A stretch of 63,076 nt of DNA, filler included, from Sphacelaria rigidula (Eukaryota), in NCBI GenBank assembly GCA_964200075.2. It is 7 parts of 7 records of this genome, joined end to end, with 100 filler letters (N's around TTAATTAATTAA, not from the genome) between each part and the next. Parts side by side here need not be neighbours in the genome. Positions count along the whole stretch, not along the records: positions 36,105 to 45,028 come from CAXNAA020009738.1; positions 45,129 to 54,052 come from CAXNAA020009739.1; 5 more parts are not named here. One strand, given 5' to 3'. Below are positions 38,843 through 52,359 of this stretch, piece by piece; positions within the stretch are counted from its first letter, which is position 1; the number at the start of each line of letters is the position of its first letter. A program made the position numbers and the translations under genes. The notes beneath the pieces are model-generated. The model saw only the letters and a list, made by a program, of their open reading frames with translations. It had not been told where the DNA came from and made no database searches.

Positions 38843-41800
38843 GGTACATAGGATCTCGGAGGGTTTTTTGTTGGGCACTCCTGTGTCACCCAAGACTGTT
38901 GGCTCCTAAATGTGAAGGGTAACATTTTCTACAATTTTCCACATTTTTGAAGGGAAAACAAACCAAATACCGCAATTTTTCTCGCCTCCGGTAGCGCTCT
39001 CGAGCCGATTCACTGAAAAACAATCGATGTACTAGCCACTGGCGCGGCCAGTTTAAACTTAACTGGCCATTGCAGCCAGTTCACAGCCCTAGCTATTAGA
39101 GGTCGCGATTCCTCCGCCTGCCCTACACGTTAAGCGCAGTATCAACTGTACACTACATCCCATTTGTGCATAGAAAAAAAGGGGGGGAAATGGAAAATTA
39201 TCAGCTATAGACATCTCTTGATCTTGTTCGGTTTTCGTCGACGGTATGGGGTACCGATCTGCAACTAGTTCGGGGTGTTCTTCGGGAGCTACAGTCACAG
39301 CCTTCTCGTTGGCATCTCTCATATTCCAACACTTCTTCGTTAGTGTCGGGTAAAATAACCAGAAAAATCGTCTCTTAATTCGTTCTGAGACATCTCAGGG
39401 GATTCGGAGAGGGGAAACCTAATACGGGGCGGGGGGGGCGAAGGAGGTACTTGCGGTGGGAAGCCCTCGAACAAGAACTTCTACTGTGTCCCAAGTAGGT
39501 TTCGACTCAATAGGCCTTATTCTCCCCAATCTTGTTAAAATATTACAGACAGGAATGGTCGTCTGTCGTTTTACTAGCAAAATAAATGGACGGGTTTTTT
39601 TTCACTGCCCTTCTGGACCCTGCGCACGCACATGCACACTCCCTTTCACGTACAGCCTACTCCGATGAAAGCCCAGCCAAGACAGAGAGAGAAAAAGCAT
39701 TCCCATCACCCCCCTGGTGCTTGGTCGTGGTGCTGTGAGCTATTTGGGTGTGTGATCATGAGGAACATGTGAAGGATGCATACCGAAGGGAACACAAGGA
39801 GGCAACGGTCGCATGTGACTGGTTTTTCGCCCAATGTATGCGAGGAGGAGATTCCCACTGCTGTGGAAGACTCAGGAACGAAGAGACGCGCATGGTGGTT
39901 ATCGTCGGCTGCGCTCGTTTCAACTCTGGACCTACCATGGGCAGTGTGCGGTAGAGAGGCCAGCACGGCTGTGGAAGGCGACACACACACGCGCGCGCGC
40001 GGCAAACTTTTTTCAGCGGAACTGGTGTGTCGAGATGTTTTTTCACCCAACTAAACTAGACAAGGGAGAGGATCCCCCTGCTGTAGTCATCGAGACACAC
40101 ACGTAGTGTCGGGAACGTTTGTTCCAGCTCGCGGTCTCCTGTGTGCAACGTGCAAGGGAGAGAAGTGAGTCAAGACTGCAGACTACACACGACACACACG
40201 CGGGCTAACCTGTCCGCAACAAATTTGCAGACCGCACAGCTACACATCCTGCGACGCAGACATCTTGCACGATGATCTGTCGCATACCTACACATCCTGT
40301 GAAGCAGACATCCTGCACGATGATCTGTGGGTCCTCGATACCCCACACTTCGACATATTATGTATATCTATGACATGATCGTCAGACGCACTTTCATAAG
40401 TAAACACCTCGCATTTGCCACAAAGTATAACGCCGCGCCGGTTACGTAGGAAATTTCACGTCATATTCTGAACCGTTTTTTCGTCTCGTATCCAGTCGGA
40501 AAAAAACGAGCGTAACAGGTGGGGAGCTCGGCCACACCCAACACCCAACACCCAACACGAGAGACGGTAGCACGACATACACGAACACCACCATGAGCGA
40601 CTCCTGCCAACACCAACACGCTTCTGATGCACGGCGTACATAGTGCAGCGTTCCCCTCCTATGTTTCCGTGCATTGTTCAGTATCTTCAGTCTTCAGCGC
40701 ACACGTTGCGGCGTACCCCTACAGTCCGTCTTAGATAGTACACGGTTGTTCACGTTGCCTTTTACCTACTGCCGATATATGTCGCGTTTTCCCCATGTGT
40801 GTAGACTATGTGGATGAGGCAGCAACGACCGTGTTGTTCTTTAGCAGTCTTGTCTTCTTTTCGTAGTATGCAAATTTCGCTTCCGCGCTTATTTTTGCTA
40901 TTTGGGCATACCTAACCGTAAGCTTTTTGCCCTGGACGACTTTTCCCTGGAGATGGCATGACGTACAAATAGCCGTCAACGTAGCACCATTACCATATTT
41001 GCTTGTCCATCCACCTCTCTTGCTGGGTGCATCACATGAGGCACACCGCTGTTGTACTGTGATTAGTGATGTTTTTTTTCTTCTGCTTTCTTCACATCTT
41101 GGTTTCCTTGTCGACACATGTATCGCAAATTGGTCGTACCGTTGCACGCATATCTTTTTTATTTCGTGTTCTTGTCCCTTAGCATGCAAATTTTCGATTT
41201 CGATCGTGGTTGCCATGTCGTAGTAGACAAAACGTTTCTTGCCGCAGGGGACTTCTTCATGCAGATTGTGTGCCATGGCTTATTTGCATGGTTCTCCGCT
41301 GTAGTGTTAGTTGCTGCGCGAAGGTTTTTTTTTTCCCATACTCCGGGTTTTCCCTTGCGTCCGACTGTCGGCCTCCTCGTTCATTACAACAGATTTTTTC
41401 CACAACGCCGCGGCGACATCCTTTACTGCGTTCCCCCCCCCGTCGTCGGCACACGCCCTTGCGGAATGTTGTTAGTCCCACGCCACACTTCGTCTGCATT
41501 GCGTGCACATCACCTCACGTGCGGGTCTATTCCTTCTCCTGCCATCCTGTACCATCTTAACCCCATTCATTCATCATCATATCAGCCACACTTCACGTCC
41601 ATAGTTCCTGGCCCTCTCGCCCAGTGGGGGCGGGGAGGGCGGCTCTTTTAGAACTAGTATCACTACAAATATAAACAAGAAGAACACGCCTCAGAATTGC
41701 TTCGGATTTTACCAGTTCATACCTCCGGCTGTGAACATCCCAACAACTCAAGACGTACATCGAGATTTTCCATCGCCCACCTTTAATCGCCTGCTGCAAG

Positions 41801-43273
41801 CGAGCGACATCATCATCCCCGAGCAATCCCGCCATCAGTTCGTTTGCGCTTCCTCCTCCTCCTCCCCCCCCCGCTCCAAACTCCAAGCCTAGCCCTCCCA
41901 CACCCGCCATCAATGCTGTCAGTTGATCAACACCTACCCCGCCGCCGCTGCTGCTACTGCTGCTGCCGCGGTCCTCCTCCTCCTTCCCTACCTCAGCGGC
42001 CGCCGTCGCCATCGCCGCGCCTAGCGATGACGACGGGTGAGGCGCAACCGAGATTCCTGAGCTAGTGGGCGCGGCTGGAGCACCACCGGTATGCTCGGGT
42101 GCGGTATTGGGAGTGCGTTTTGGGTCTCGAGGGGTACATGTTTCTCGTATCCGGATGATGATGTCGCGCATGATTGGATGCCCAGGACGACATCTTGTAC
42201 GAGAGCGACGAGTGTGAGAGGGGGCAAGAGAGAGAAGGAGAGTGGCTATCATCGTCCCGTGTGTCGACGTCGTAGCCCGTGCGACGTGCCATTTCCAATA
42301 TTTGACCGGCCCAAACCATCCCCTTCGCATTTTCCTTCCATATAATGTGAGATAAAAATGCAGGGCACGGGATATGAATACGCAAACCAGGGGGAGAGGA
42401 GGGGCGGGGAGTCTCAAAATGCAAATGCGGCGAAGTGCCAGTATATGATCGCTCGTGCTACAAGGATTCTGCAGCAGACAAAGCACACTTCGCGAACCAT
42501 TGTCACACTTTTTCCATCTCGCTGTGTCATGTCTCTCACCCGATAAGACCATTATTGAGTTCGAACGTGCCCGTCCCGGAGATCCCGGAATAGAAATCGT
42601 AACGCCTATGAAGATCATCGAACGCCGCGAGGCATAGGAAGTCCACATCCACGTATAACCCGCCCTCCCGGAGCAGAATCTGCCAGAAAGAGACGCACAA
42701 GTAGAGTACGAGAAGACACAAACATCACGTGTTTCAGCGATAATCTGAACATTTCGGCCAGAATAGGCGCTCGAAACTTCAAAGCTGCCCGTGTACCGGG
42801 ATGTCAGATTGAAGCGTATGAAACAGGTAATAATCGGCGTCGTTACCGTCAGTTTGGCTGGTTGCGGAGGGTGGCACGCTGGAGGACAGGTTCAGCATTT
42901 CAATCTATAAGGGGTACATGAGCACGAGCTGCCACCAGCAGTGCGGTTGGTGGCGCAGAGAGTCATCATGCTCGGAAAAGCCATTTTGGGACCAACGCCA
43001 ATGCTCCAAAAATAGCCATCAATTTGCCGTTCCCTATTCGAGGCGAATGCGACAGCACGGAATATCACATGGTGGCACCCCTCCCTATCTTGTTTTGGGT
43101 CGTCTAAACTCGCAACCGCTCCTCCGCAGCGCATGTCTCGTCAAGGTTACGAAGTGTACTCCAACGGGATATCAGCTGTGGTTCGCAACTACAATTAGAC
43201 AGCACGCACACACATGTTCCGTATACACATCCAGTTCACTGTGCAACGACACAAGAGTTTGCGTAGAGCGCCT

Positions 43274-43343
<70 letters not shown>

Positions 43344-43620
43344 CAATAACACCCGCAATTCTGGCACACATGGCTGGTGCGCGGTCCATCTATGCAGACC
43401 TCATAACGCAAAATGTCAGACTTTTGCCCGAAGTTTTCGGCGGCGTCGTAGGCTAGTTTGTTCTCGAGGCCGAACGGTTCAACGTCCGCATCCGTCCACA
43501 GCCGTAATTCCCACCCGTCGTGCCGCGCTTGCCACGACTCTCTGAGGCGGGCGAACGGCCCAGGCAGTGGGCTTCCCAGCCAAATCTGGTGTACGGTGCG
43601 GGGTATCCTGTACGGCCTGC
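36408..43620 (-). CDS. Glycosyltransferase, GT32-like (DXD sugar-binding region). Exons 43620-43400, 42679-42540, 42193-41781, 36835-36408. 5' exons uncertain (candidates 44298-44081 and 44488-44420)
   Basis: Motifs IPRTVHQIWLG, LWTDAD, KSDILRYE|ILLREGGLYVDVDF (DXD), NNGLIG|CRPGHP, TGPGVFT, FPPSYFYP, AAHLWAKSW*. All junctions are GT-AG with matching phases (0, 2, 1). Confidence 0.9.
37279..39091. mobile_element. Non-autonomous hAT-like element in the last intron of the glycosyltransferase gene
   Basis: 16-bp TIR TAGGG(A/C)TGTGAACTGG. 8-bp flanks GCTATTAT and GCTATTAG (7/8). Subterminal AACTGG/CCAGTT repeats. Confidence 0.8.
43277..43341. repeat. (CA)n microsatellite, intronic
   Basis: Direct reading. 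Confidence 0.95.
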
Positions 43621-45028
43621 CTGGGCACGGCGAGAAAAAATGGCGGGCCATGCGGGGTAAAAAGCCGAGAGCGTATATGCCCATACTAAGCAGTTACATT
43701 GTGCACCCGGTATACAAATGCAACTCTCTATGGACAGAAATCAAATAGGGCACGGACTCAATGCTTCAACCAGGAGAGATGATGAACTTAATCGGTACCT
43801 ACTACGTGGTAAAGGAACTAGACCCGGTCTCCAATCAAGCCCGTTGCTTGAAGCCGTTTCTATCAGGCACGTCTTTTGTGCAAATGCTGAGAAAACGATA
43901 AATCTTGTGTACTTTTTTTTAGTTCAATAGACTCCGACAATTCATCATTTTTGATATTTTCACAGCAATTGGACAACTGAAGTACCAGCTGGACATGGCA
44001 CTCGAGCCATGTTCTCGTGGGGAAAACTATCAAATTTCGGTTTTCCCCGTTCATTTCTTAAAAGCAAGTCGCTTCTGTACCTCCGAGTGTGTTGGCCGTA
44101 CTTCCGACGGTGTTGGCCGCCTCATCTTTGGATATACCTGGAGATATGCAGGCAGAAAAGGTTGCACGCAGTGCAATGGGTGGATATTCTCTAACTTCCG
44201 CATTCATCCCCGTCTTCTTTGGCTTGTACAAATATTCTTGAATTGTTTGGTAGAGCTTGGCATGTGAGAATTCATCTGCGAGCTTGGTCAACAAGAGTCT
44301 ACATATTGAGACAATTGTATGTGGGGCAGGGTTGGGAGAGTAAGCAGCGGGCAGATTGTGTCATCACACACGAGCCTTCCGGGAAAAAATTACATTGGCT
44401 GAAGATTTATTAACATAACCTACTGAGGGTATCTTTTCTCGAAGCCCCCGTCCTGCCCGTCATCATGTGCATCATTTTCGTCTTTACCCTGCTTCCGACA
44501 GATTGACACGAGTTAACAGCGAGTCGAAAAGATCGAACGGATGTGGTGTACAGAAAACATCCATGAGGCGGCTCATTTGTTAGTTACCTCGGAACCGCGT
44601 CCCATCCCATTTAGGGTATGGAGGACAAGATCAGTTTACCCACGCAGTTGTCCGTATAGTGTCTATCACACCTGAAGCTACTACAGCTGCTTGTAAATAC
44701 TGCTGTAATAGGTTGTTCGATTACTGTCTAGAGGAGAAATCTCTGAGGTCAAACAAGGGCGGAGGCGGAGAGGTGGAGGAACTGGGAGATATGCCACTCC
44801 TTGCATTGGTCAAAAATCAACATGAAGGCCGTATGAAGACCTCTGCAAGCAGCTGTATTAATGGTGGAGTGATGCTGCGATCGTCCCCCCCCAAACTAGC
44901 CCCCCCTCACCTCTAGACTCTTGGGTTGGCGTCGAGTGGCAACGGCGCTGTGAAACAAAGCCTCCAAAACCTAGACAAATGTACATACTGCCATCTTTCT
45001 TATAATGATACGCCTCCCACCGAGATCT

Positions 45029-45128
45029 NNNNNNNNNNNNNNNNNNNNNNNNNNNNNNNNNNNNNNNNNNNNTTAATTAATTAANNNNNNNNNNNNNNNN
45101 NNNNNNNNNNNNNNNNNNNNNNNNNNNN
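45029..45128. other. Artificial contig linker
   Basis: N44-TTAATTAATTAA-N44. Confidence 0.97.
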
Positions 45129-45255
<127 letters not shown>

Positions 45256-45813
45256 CCTTTCTGCTTGGAGATATATTTGTTTTGCCCCTTTGATTCACAT
45301 TTTTATCCCGTCAAGAGAAATGAACACAGTAACGACAACGCCGTGCCGTCACGAGTTTCAATTACCTTTAACCGACCGTCAGTTCCTCGACGTTGGGTGA
45401 CCGGTTGTATTGAAACCTCAGCAGTACCGTGCGTTAAAAGTGAGCCGTGAGAATACTGCATTAGCGTAGCATGGCTTCAATGCACTACTTCGTGGTAAAA
45501 TGCTACAACACAGTTCAGCTACTGTAGCATCTGAATGAAGAGAGCGTCGAATGTTTCAGGTTCATGATCTGCTGATACTGTTTAAACCGGCTTGTACGCC
45601 GCACACAGTGCTATCTCTTCCACAATTTGGCAATATTATTTCATCACACGTTCGATGAAGGATGATATTATGCCAGTATCCTTTTAATCGGCAAAACATT
45701 CTGCGACTCGACATCATATAACTCTTTGAGAGTATGCACAACGACACCGCGCACGTACTGCCTGATGCTACAGTGATGGGAATTGCCGGGCAAATTGCAA
45801 GAGTTGGTCATAC

Positions 45814-48471
45814 CTCGAGCTCAAGCTCTATCTTTTCCTCGTCCCAGGCAGACAGGCCCATAAGGGCGGCTTGAGAACGTTTTAGCTCCTCTCGTAGTGC
45901 ACTTGCCTGTGCCTTGCCCATATTGCAACGGAACTGGTGGTCTTGAGCCTTGATTGACAGAAACGCAAAAGTGACAGTAATTGTGTTTCCTCAGGTTTGA
46001 TGCACTCGCACCACATAAACAAAACAGACTCGAAAACTCGTAGACACGAAACTCTCATGCATCATGAGGCACCACATACATGGAGAAACTACATTGAAGC
46101 AGTGACAAGGGTGAACGTCACGAATCTGATATCAAGTGTTTATATACTCATGCAACAGACCTTCGGGATGTTTTGCCAATATCGAGGCGGTGTAGAGGAC
46201 TCAACTCAGATACCAGTCGATCATCGAAACTGAGGACGGAGCTTTTCATTAAGGGTGAGAACCCGGAGGATAAAAATCTTCGTATCTACACCAAACCTTC
46301 GAAATATGGTTTCATTCCTTCACCTACTGGTAGCTATTGACAAGTACTACACGTCACACAATTTGTGATTTCGACAACTGAAACATTGGGATCCTAGGTG
46401 AAAAAACAATTTCGAGGAATTTCGGCGATCCGATCGGATCACCAAAATTCCCCAAAAATGCTTCTTCATCTAGGACCCCAGCATTCCGGTTATCGAAATC
46501 CAAGTTTGTAGGGCGTGTAGCAGTGGTCAATAGCTACCAGTAGGTGAAGAAATGAAATCATATTTTGAAGGCTTGGTGTGGATACGAAGATTTTAATTTC
46601 TCGGGTTCTCATCCTCAATGAAAAGCTCCATCCTCGATTTCGGTGATCGGCTATTTGATCAAGACGAGATCAAGAAGGGTCCTTTAGAGATGTAAGATAT
46701 ACATCAACAAATGCTCCTTCCTAGTACGTATATTTCACCGAAACAAGTTGTCAGTTTCATGTACTGGAGGTTTAAGCCATCACATGGCAACCCAGAAAAC
46801 CCCATATCGCGTTGTTGAGAAGGCGTTTCGGAGTGCAGGGACGCAGAAACCCGATCCGTCGCCTCAGCTGCAGAGGAGGTCCGCCGTGCACATAGTTTAA
46901 GTCGTGAACGCCCCCCCTAATTCCAACCTACGCTTGGGATTCACCAACCTCAAGCTGAGCGACTTGTAGTTCCTGCCGACATTTGGTGACCTCAGATTGC
47001 AGCGCAGCGACGGCCGCTTCTCGCTGTTGTTGGTGTCCTATTACGGCGGCTTCTGCTCTGCTCAACGACAATCGCAAGGCAGCGGCTTCGTCGTTCGCAC
47101 GAGCAAAAGAAATTTTAAGGCGCTGGACAAAACAGAATTTGGGTTACGATCGGGGGATAGCGTAGGGGTTAGTTTGGGTTAGGGTTCAATTTGGGTGCAA
47201 ATGCATCTGGCGTTAGGATCGAAAGCTTATGCTGTGGCGCTCAGAATCACAGGTTCAGGGGTCTGGGTAAGGATGTACTGTAGAAAGTGGTTTCTCCGAT
47301 TCATGTAGCGCGATCCGTGAAACCGGCAAGCGGACAGCCGTGTACACTGCTTTCGATATTATAGTATTTGGACGTGATTTACGAGTGGACGTCAAGTACT
47401 CCCAGCTGCCTGTGAAGTCATGCTGTCGTTTTATGTGATTACTTACACGTTACTCGGCGCCGGTGCATGATGTCACGGACAAGCGACCGTATGGCACGCC
47501 AAAACTGTTCTTACTGCCCGCAGAAGAAACGCCCCCGTTGCAAGTATTCTAACACTTGGTGGTGATTGTTCTGAATCGAAGCCATTGTAGCATCCTTGTT
47601 GGGTCCGGGTGTGGCCCCGTACTTCTTTTCGTTGTTGTTGCTGTCTTCACATTAAAAACCGCTCCGATATGTGCGCAGTAATCGGTACTGGGCATCTGAT
47701 GCGGACGCCTTCCGTGGTCACAGTCTAACTACCCCCATAAATAGGGTAAAAGAAATTAAAAGGCAATCGGGCCCGGAGAAATTCACACAGATGCGGTACA
47801 CAAGGAATAGAAAAACCGTTCTCTCACGAGAGTATTTCGTGTAATTTCAAAGTGCCATCGCGATCGCCCAGCTCTCAACACTAGATGATGGCCACGCCGT
47901 ACGCGTGCCCGGCACCGTCTGTGCCCACCTCATGTTCTTCCGCGTCTGCTGCCTGCCGCACCTCGGCCGCAAACATCTCTGCCAGCCCGAGCAGCATGCC
48001 CACTCTCTCTGGCGGGTCCTCTTCCACCGATTCCTCAAGTGTACTATCGGATTGGTCGGAGAGTGACTCCTGCCCCGTCTTGTCAGGGATATCATTCTCC
48101 AGGACACCTTCAGCCGCCACGGTTAGCACAGCAGCAGAATCTAGTGAAGGCAGTGAGCTCGATCTGTTGGTCTCACCACCGCCGTGACCACCGCCACCGA
48201 CATCCTTGCCGTTAATATTCTTATCAGCTTTGCCAGCAGCGGCTTGCTGCGCTAATCCTCGCGCCTCGCGCCGCGACAAGCGCGGCGTCTTGTTTTCTGC
48301 TGCTAACTTCGTTTTTGAACGCGGTGTTTCGTCCATCGCACTCCTCTCTCGGGGATCCCAGCTACCATTTTCTTTCTTGATATCTGCTATGCTGGGATCT
48401 TTCGCCGCGTTGGTGCCGTCCGGGGTAGAAGTAACACCTCTGTGGCTCTTCATTGCCGACGATGGAGTCAT
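45814..48471 (-). CDS. Partial gene for a hypothetical low-complexity/coiled-coil protein. Exons 48471-47929, 47122-46949, 45948-45814; ends uncertain
   Basis: Three open phase-0 exons with GT-AG borders: ...EEHE|RLKISFARANDEAAALRL...QVAQLE|AQDHQF...EKIELELE|. E/A/L/Q-rich helical composition. Confidence 0.65.
46214..46653. mobile_element. 440-bp fully palindromic MITE/foldback element, intronic
   Basis: Arms are complementary along their whole length around the perfect centre GATCCGATCGGATC (46427-46440). Ends are CAGTCGATCA and TGATCGGCTA. Confidence 0.9.
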
Positions 48472-49529
48472 GAGGGCTGCGTAGTAGTTTTTTTTTTAGA
48501 ACTTTGCTCTCGTCAGCACCACTCTCGATCACCCTGTCGTGCGGATTGCGGATTCCGAGCGATGATTGATTAATTAGTAGTGCTGACCCGGCCTCCCGTG
48601 TGATTGACGAGACTGCATGTACTGCCGTACGGGTTCAGGGTCAGTCTACGCATGTGGTATAACTGACGTACAGTAAACCAGCCCCTTGGGTCGGCGATCC
48701 ACATCCCGTGTTACTATGTGGTACAGCACCCTATTTCATGTATGCATGTCCGAGCGACCTCTCCTTCGCAGAGCTGCTTCGTTACGAACGTGTGCTGCTA
48801 TTACGAATGCGGAGTTCGCTGCAGAAAACGAAACATAAATACGCGATGTTGACCGACTTGAATCTGATACTTCTGCAGCAGCGAACCACATCCATCACCG
48901 ACACAGACGGCAATCATACACATCGCCGCCTGCTCTCCGATGACATGATGATGAGAGATACCTACCGTACTGTACCCCGCTGTACTGTACAGTACAGTTG
49001 ACTGGTACTGTTTGATGATGAAAGATTAAGTTGCAGTCGAACGGGAACAAGCAGGTAATAATTACTTTTAATTCAATATCTCTGCGGGAAATCTGTCAGC
49101 CTTCGATTGCGCCGCATTTTAGTCCCTGCTGACATGCTCGCCATGTAACCCTGTTGCGGATACATATCTGACGACAATTTCAGCACCATGTCTCCCCACC
49201 ACCGTGGCCTCCTGTTACCTGCGCCACTACTTTTGAGTACATTTGCGCAATGCCTGACTATGTCCGCAACAATGACAACCACGATGGACCTGCACACGCT
49301 CAAGCACGCCGACAGCGATGGCTCATTGCGTTGGACACCACACTTCCACGCAGAGGGTAACCGCCGGCGGTTGTGGAACCAACAACCAACGACACTCACC
49401 ACCGTTCTTCGAAAGGCACCCCTTGCAAAAAGTCGGGTGCCTGAAGATATTGGAGGAGTCGCACTCTTATGTCGGGGTGGTGGGAGAAGGGGTCACCGGT
49501 TGGCGCCAGCACGCAGTGGGCTCGGTCAT

Positions 49530-49585
49530 ACGGTTAAGGTACGACCAACGGTCAAGGTACGACCAACGGTCAAGGTACGACCAAC
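49530..49585 (+). repeat. 18-bp tandem repeat, 3 copies (acggtcaaggtacgacca)
   Basis: Direct reading. Confidence 0.9.
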
Positions 49586-51082
49586 ACCGGGTCTGAACAG
49601 GAAATCACGGCCGATCATATCGAGAACTTATTTTCTACATCGCACCTTTTCGATCGAAAAAAAATGTGCTGAGGCACGCCCAAATTAAAAATCCGCTCGA
49701 GAGAGTTTTGCAACAAAAAAGAAAGGCCTCAAAAGTCCACGCTGATGTACGATCTGGTCGATAGGATTGATCGGAACCTGTTTGTTTTCGCACGGTATTT
49801 TTTCGACGAAGTGGTGATAAGGCCAGGACTCTCACAGCACAGACCACACACTGAACGTGCGGACATACAACGTGTTATTTTATTAAGTTTTGGAAGACTA
49901 TCGTACAGCGAAATATCCCAGTCGCTGCAAGTACTGTAGGTACATCTGAATCAGAGAAATAGGATGTACGTGAAATAATTTTGTTCAACCTACTGTATTT
50001 TCGACTGAAGATTCCCTCGAAGCCTGCCGAGACCGTCTTTTTTTTAGTTACGCGAAAATCACGCCTATCCTTTGATCAGATTTCGATAGTTCTCAACAAT
50101 TCTTCAGCCCGAAGAGAAACATAGATGTCCCGTTGACGAGCATTTGCCAGTACTTGACACCCAACCCAACACAGTCAGCGGTGAACCTCAGGAGCCCATT
50201 GCTCCCGCAAACCAAAAACACACAGCTCGAGCCGTAGCTATTTATCAGCTGAGCACATTGTGTGTGACCTTGCACAAATCTGACCAGACCTAGGACCGAA
50301 ACTCTTGAAAGCAGGGCGGCACGTGTACTGCGGCAAGTTGGCAAGGGGTTTTAGTGGGTCGGATCCCCGCACTGACTTGAGCATAGCTTGCGAACGCTCG
50401 AGGTGCCTACCCCATATGACTACCGCGAGGCAGCCTAGCCGGGCATCTGGGTAATCGGCACACGAACCCGCTTGCGGGGAAGTGTTGGGTCAGATTCCCT
50501 CCTTCCTTCTACGAAAAAATATATATGTGTACACATACGTCGAGAATTCAAGTGGATATAATACTCGTGTGAGACGCTCGCAGAGCACCCACACACAAAG
50601 GGTCAGCAAAGGCACGCTTTTGGTTGTATTTCGGCACGAACGCGGCCGCCTTTCCTCCAATATAGAACGGAGTGATGTCAAACAAAGACTGCCGTGTGTA
50701 GATGAGCAACGGCTAGCGCCGGAGCTAGTTTCCGTGAGTGGTGAGTGTCTGTGCGTGTTTTTTCGGGGCTCAGTGTGCAGGTGTTGCGTTGCCCTGTTGT
50801 GTCTTGTCTGTAGCAGTACAGAGATGTTGGACCAACGACCACTGATAGAACCATCGCATCTCTGAACATGTGTGTAGACCTGGGGCCCGTTCTGGGCAAA
50901 ACAAACTTCTCGGTAAGACTCAAACAGGTCGTCGTGTAGGCAATTTGTTCTCATGATTTAGAGGGAAACGATAAGAATAGAATGCACCTCACGACACCGA
51001 GGTATGCTTGTAACAACACAAAACAACTTAGTAGGGATCAGTACAGCACAGTACGGCGCAACAGAGCACACGCGTCTACGTG

Positions 51083-51335
51083 CGACGCTTTTTACGATAG
51101 CCCCCCCCCAAAAAGTGCCTGGTTTGGGCAGGCAAAAATTTCACATAAATCGAAATGGAAAAAGCCGAGCACAACGAGCAGCTGGGAATTCCTACGCTTG
51201 GGTTCGTTCTCGCCGATGTCGCCCGTAGGAGGCGCTTCATGGCTCCTGAGCTCAAACATCAGGCGCTGTACGGCCATTTTTTTCGGGACACCCTTGGGAT
51301 GGTTTGGGAGGGGGAGGCTATCGTAGAAAGTGTCG
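51083..51335 (+). mobile_element. 253-bp MITE with 2-bp TSD (TG)
   Basis: TIR CGACGCTTTTTACGATAGCC vs CGACACTTTCTACGATAGCC. TG at 51081-51082 and 51336-51337. Paralogous empty site at 51555-51600. Confidence 0.88.
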
Positions 51336-52359
51336 TGCCCAGGGCGGTTTTAGCTCCTCATTTTTCCCGGGGAGGGCTATGAATGTATCATAACTACCTC
51401 GAAGGGGCAGTAAAAGGTATATAGCAACCCTCCAGGTGGGCGATTTCCCCGTGAGTATATGGGAACACCCCAGCAAGGCGCGCTCCTCACAACGCCGAGC
51501 TACGCTTTTTACAACACAGCGCAGTACAGTACAGCACAGCGCAGCCCGGTGCAGCACACGCGTCTACATACCCAGAGCAGTGTTAACGCCTAATTTTCCC
51601 GATTTCCCCCGTCCAGCCTTCAGACCCACAAGCGAAACACAACGCCGGGAGCACCGATGAAGCTGAGACTTGTTGAGGGCGTGTGAAGTGATGTTAATTG
51701 TGTAACGTAGCGTGAACTAGGGTGTGCAGAGTAGTGTAAGCCCTCGAAAAGTGCTCCGATTCAAGTTGCCACAGTCAAGTCCGAGAAATCAAGACTCACG
51801 ATACCCTCGAACAAAGCTGGATTATTCGGTCGTTCTTCAGCTGTTTCATTCAAGTTATAGATCGTTGCTGAACTCCTTGTATGACGAGAGATATATGCCC
51901 CCATGTATCAGACACCAAATCGCCGCTGCTTTTGGATATTTTCAGATTTTTTACCGATCGTGACGTGGAAAATGATTGGTGCTTTACGTAATTTAGTTCA
52001 CTGCGTTGACTCTGACTCAATGGGGAGGTTACCCAATGGGCGCGGAGCCGCCTTCAGTACGTCCGGACACGTAAGCAAAATACAACGCCGGGAGAACCGA
52101 TGAAGCTCCCTGTTGTTGATGACGTGTAAAGTGATGTCAGACGGAAGGGCGGATGTTTTGTTCTCGGCGAAAATAGCTCTCGCCCCGTAAATGTGAGAAG
52201 TCGATACACGCGCAACGCCAGGATGGGGGGATTGGCCTAGGCCGGGCGTTTTCGTGATATCACAATGCCACGGTAGGAGTGCTCTTTTTTTTATGAGGCT
52301 CTTTGCAGTAGGAGCCTCTCGATGGCAAATATCCACACCCTGTACAACCATGACGAACA

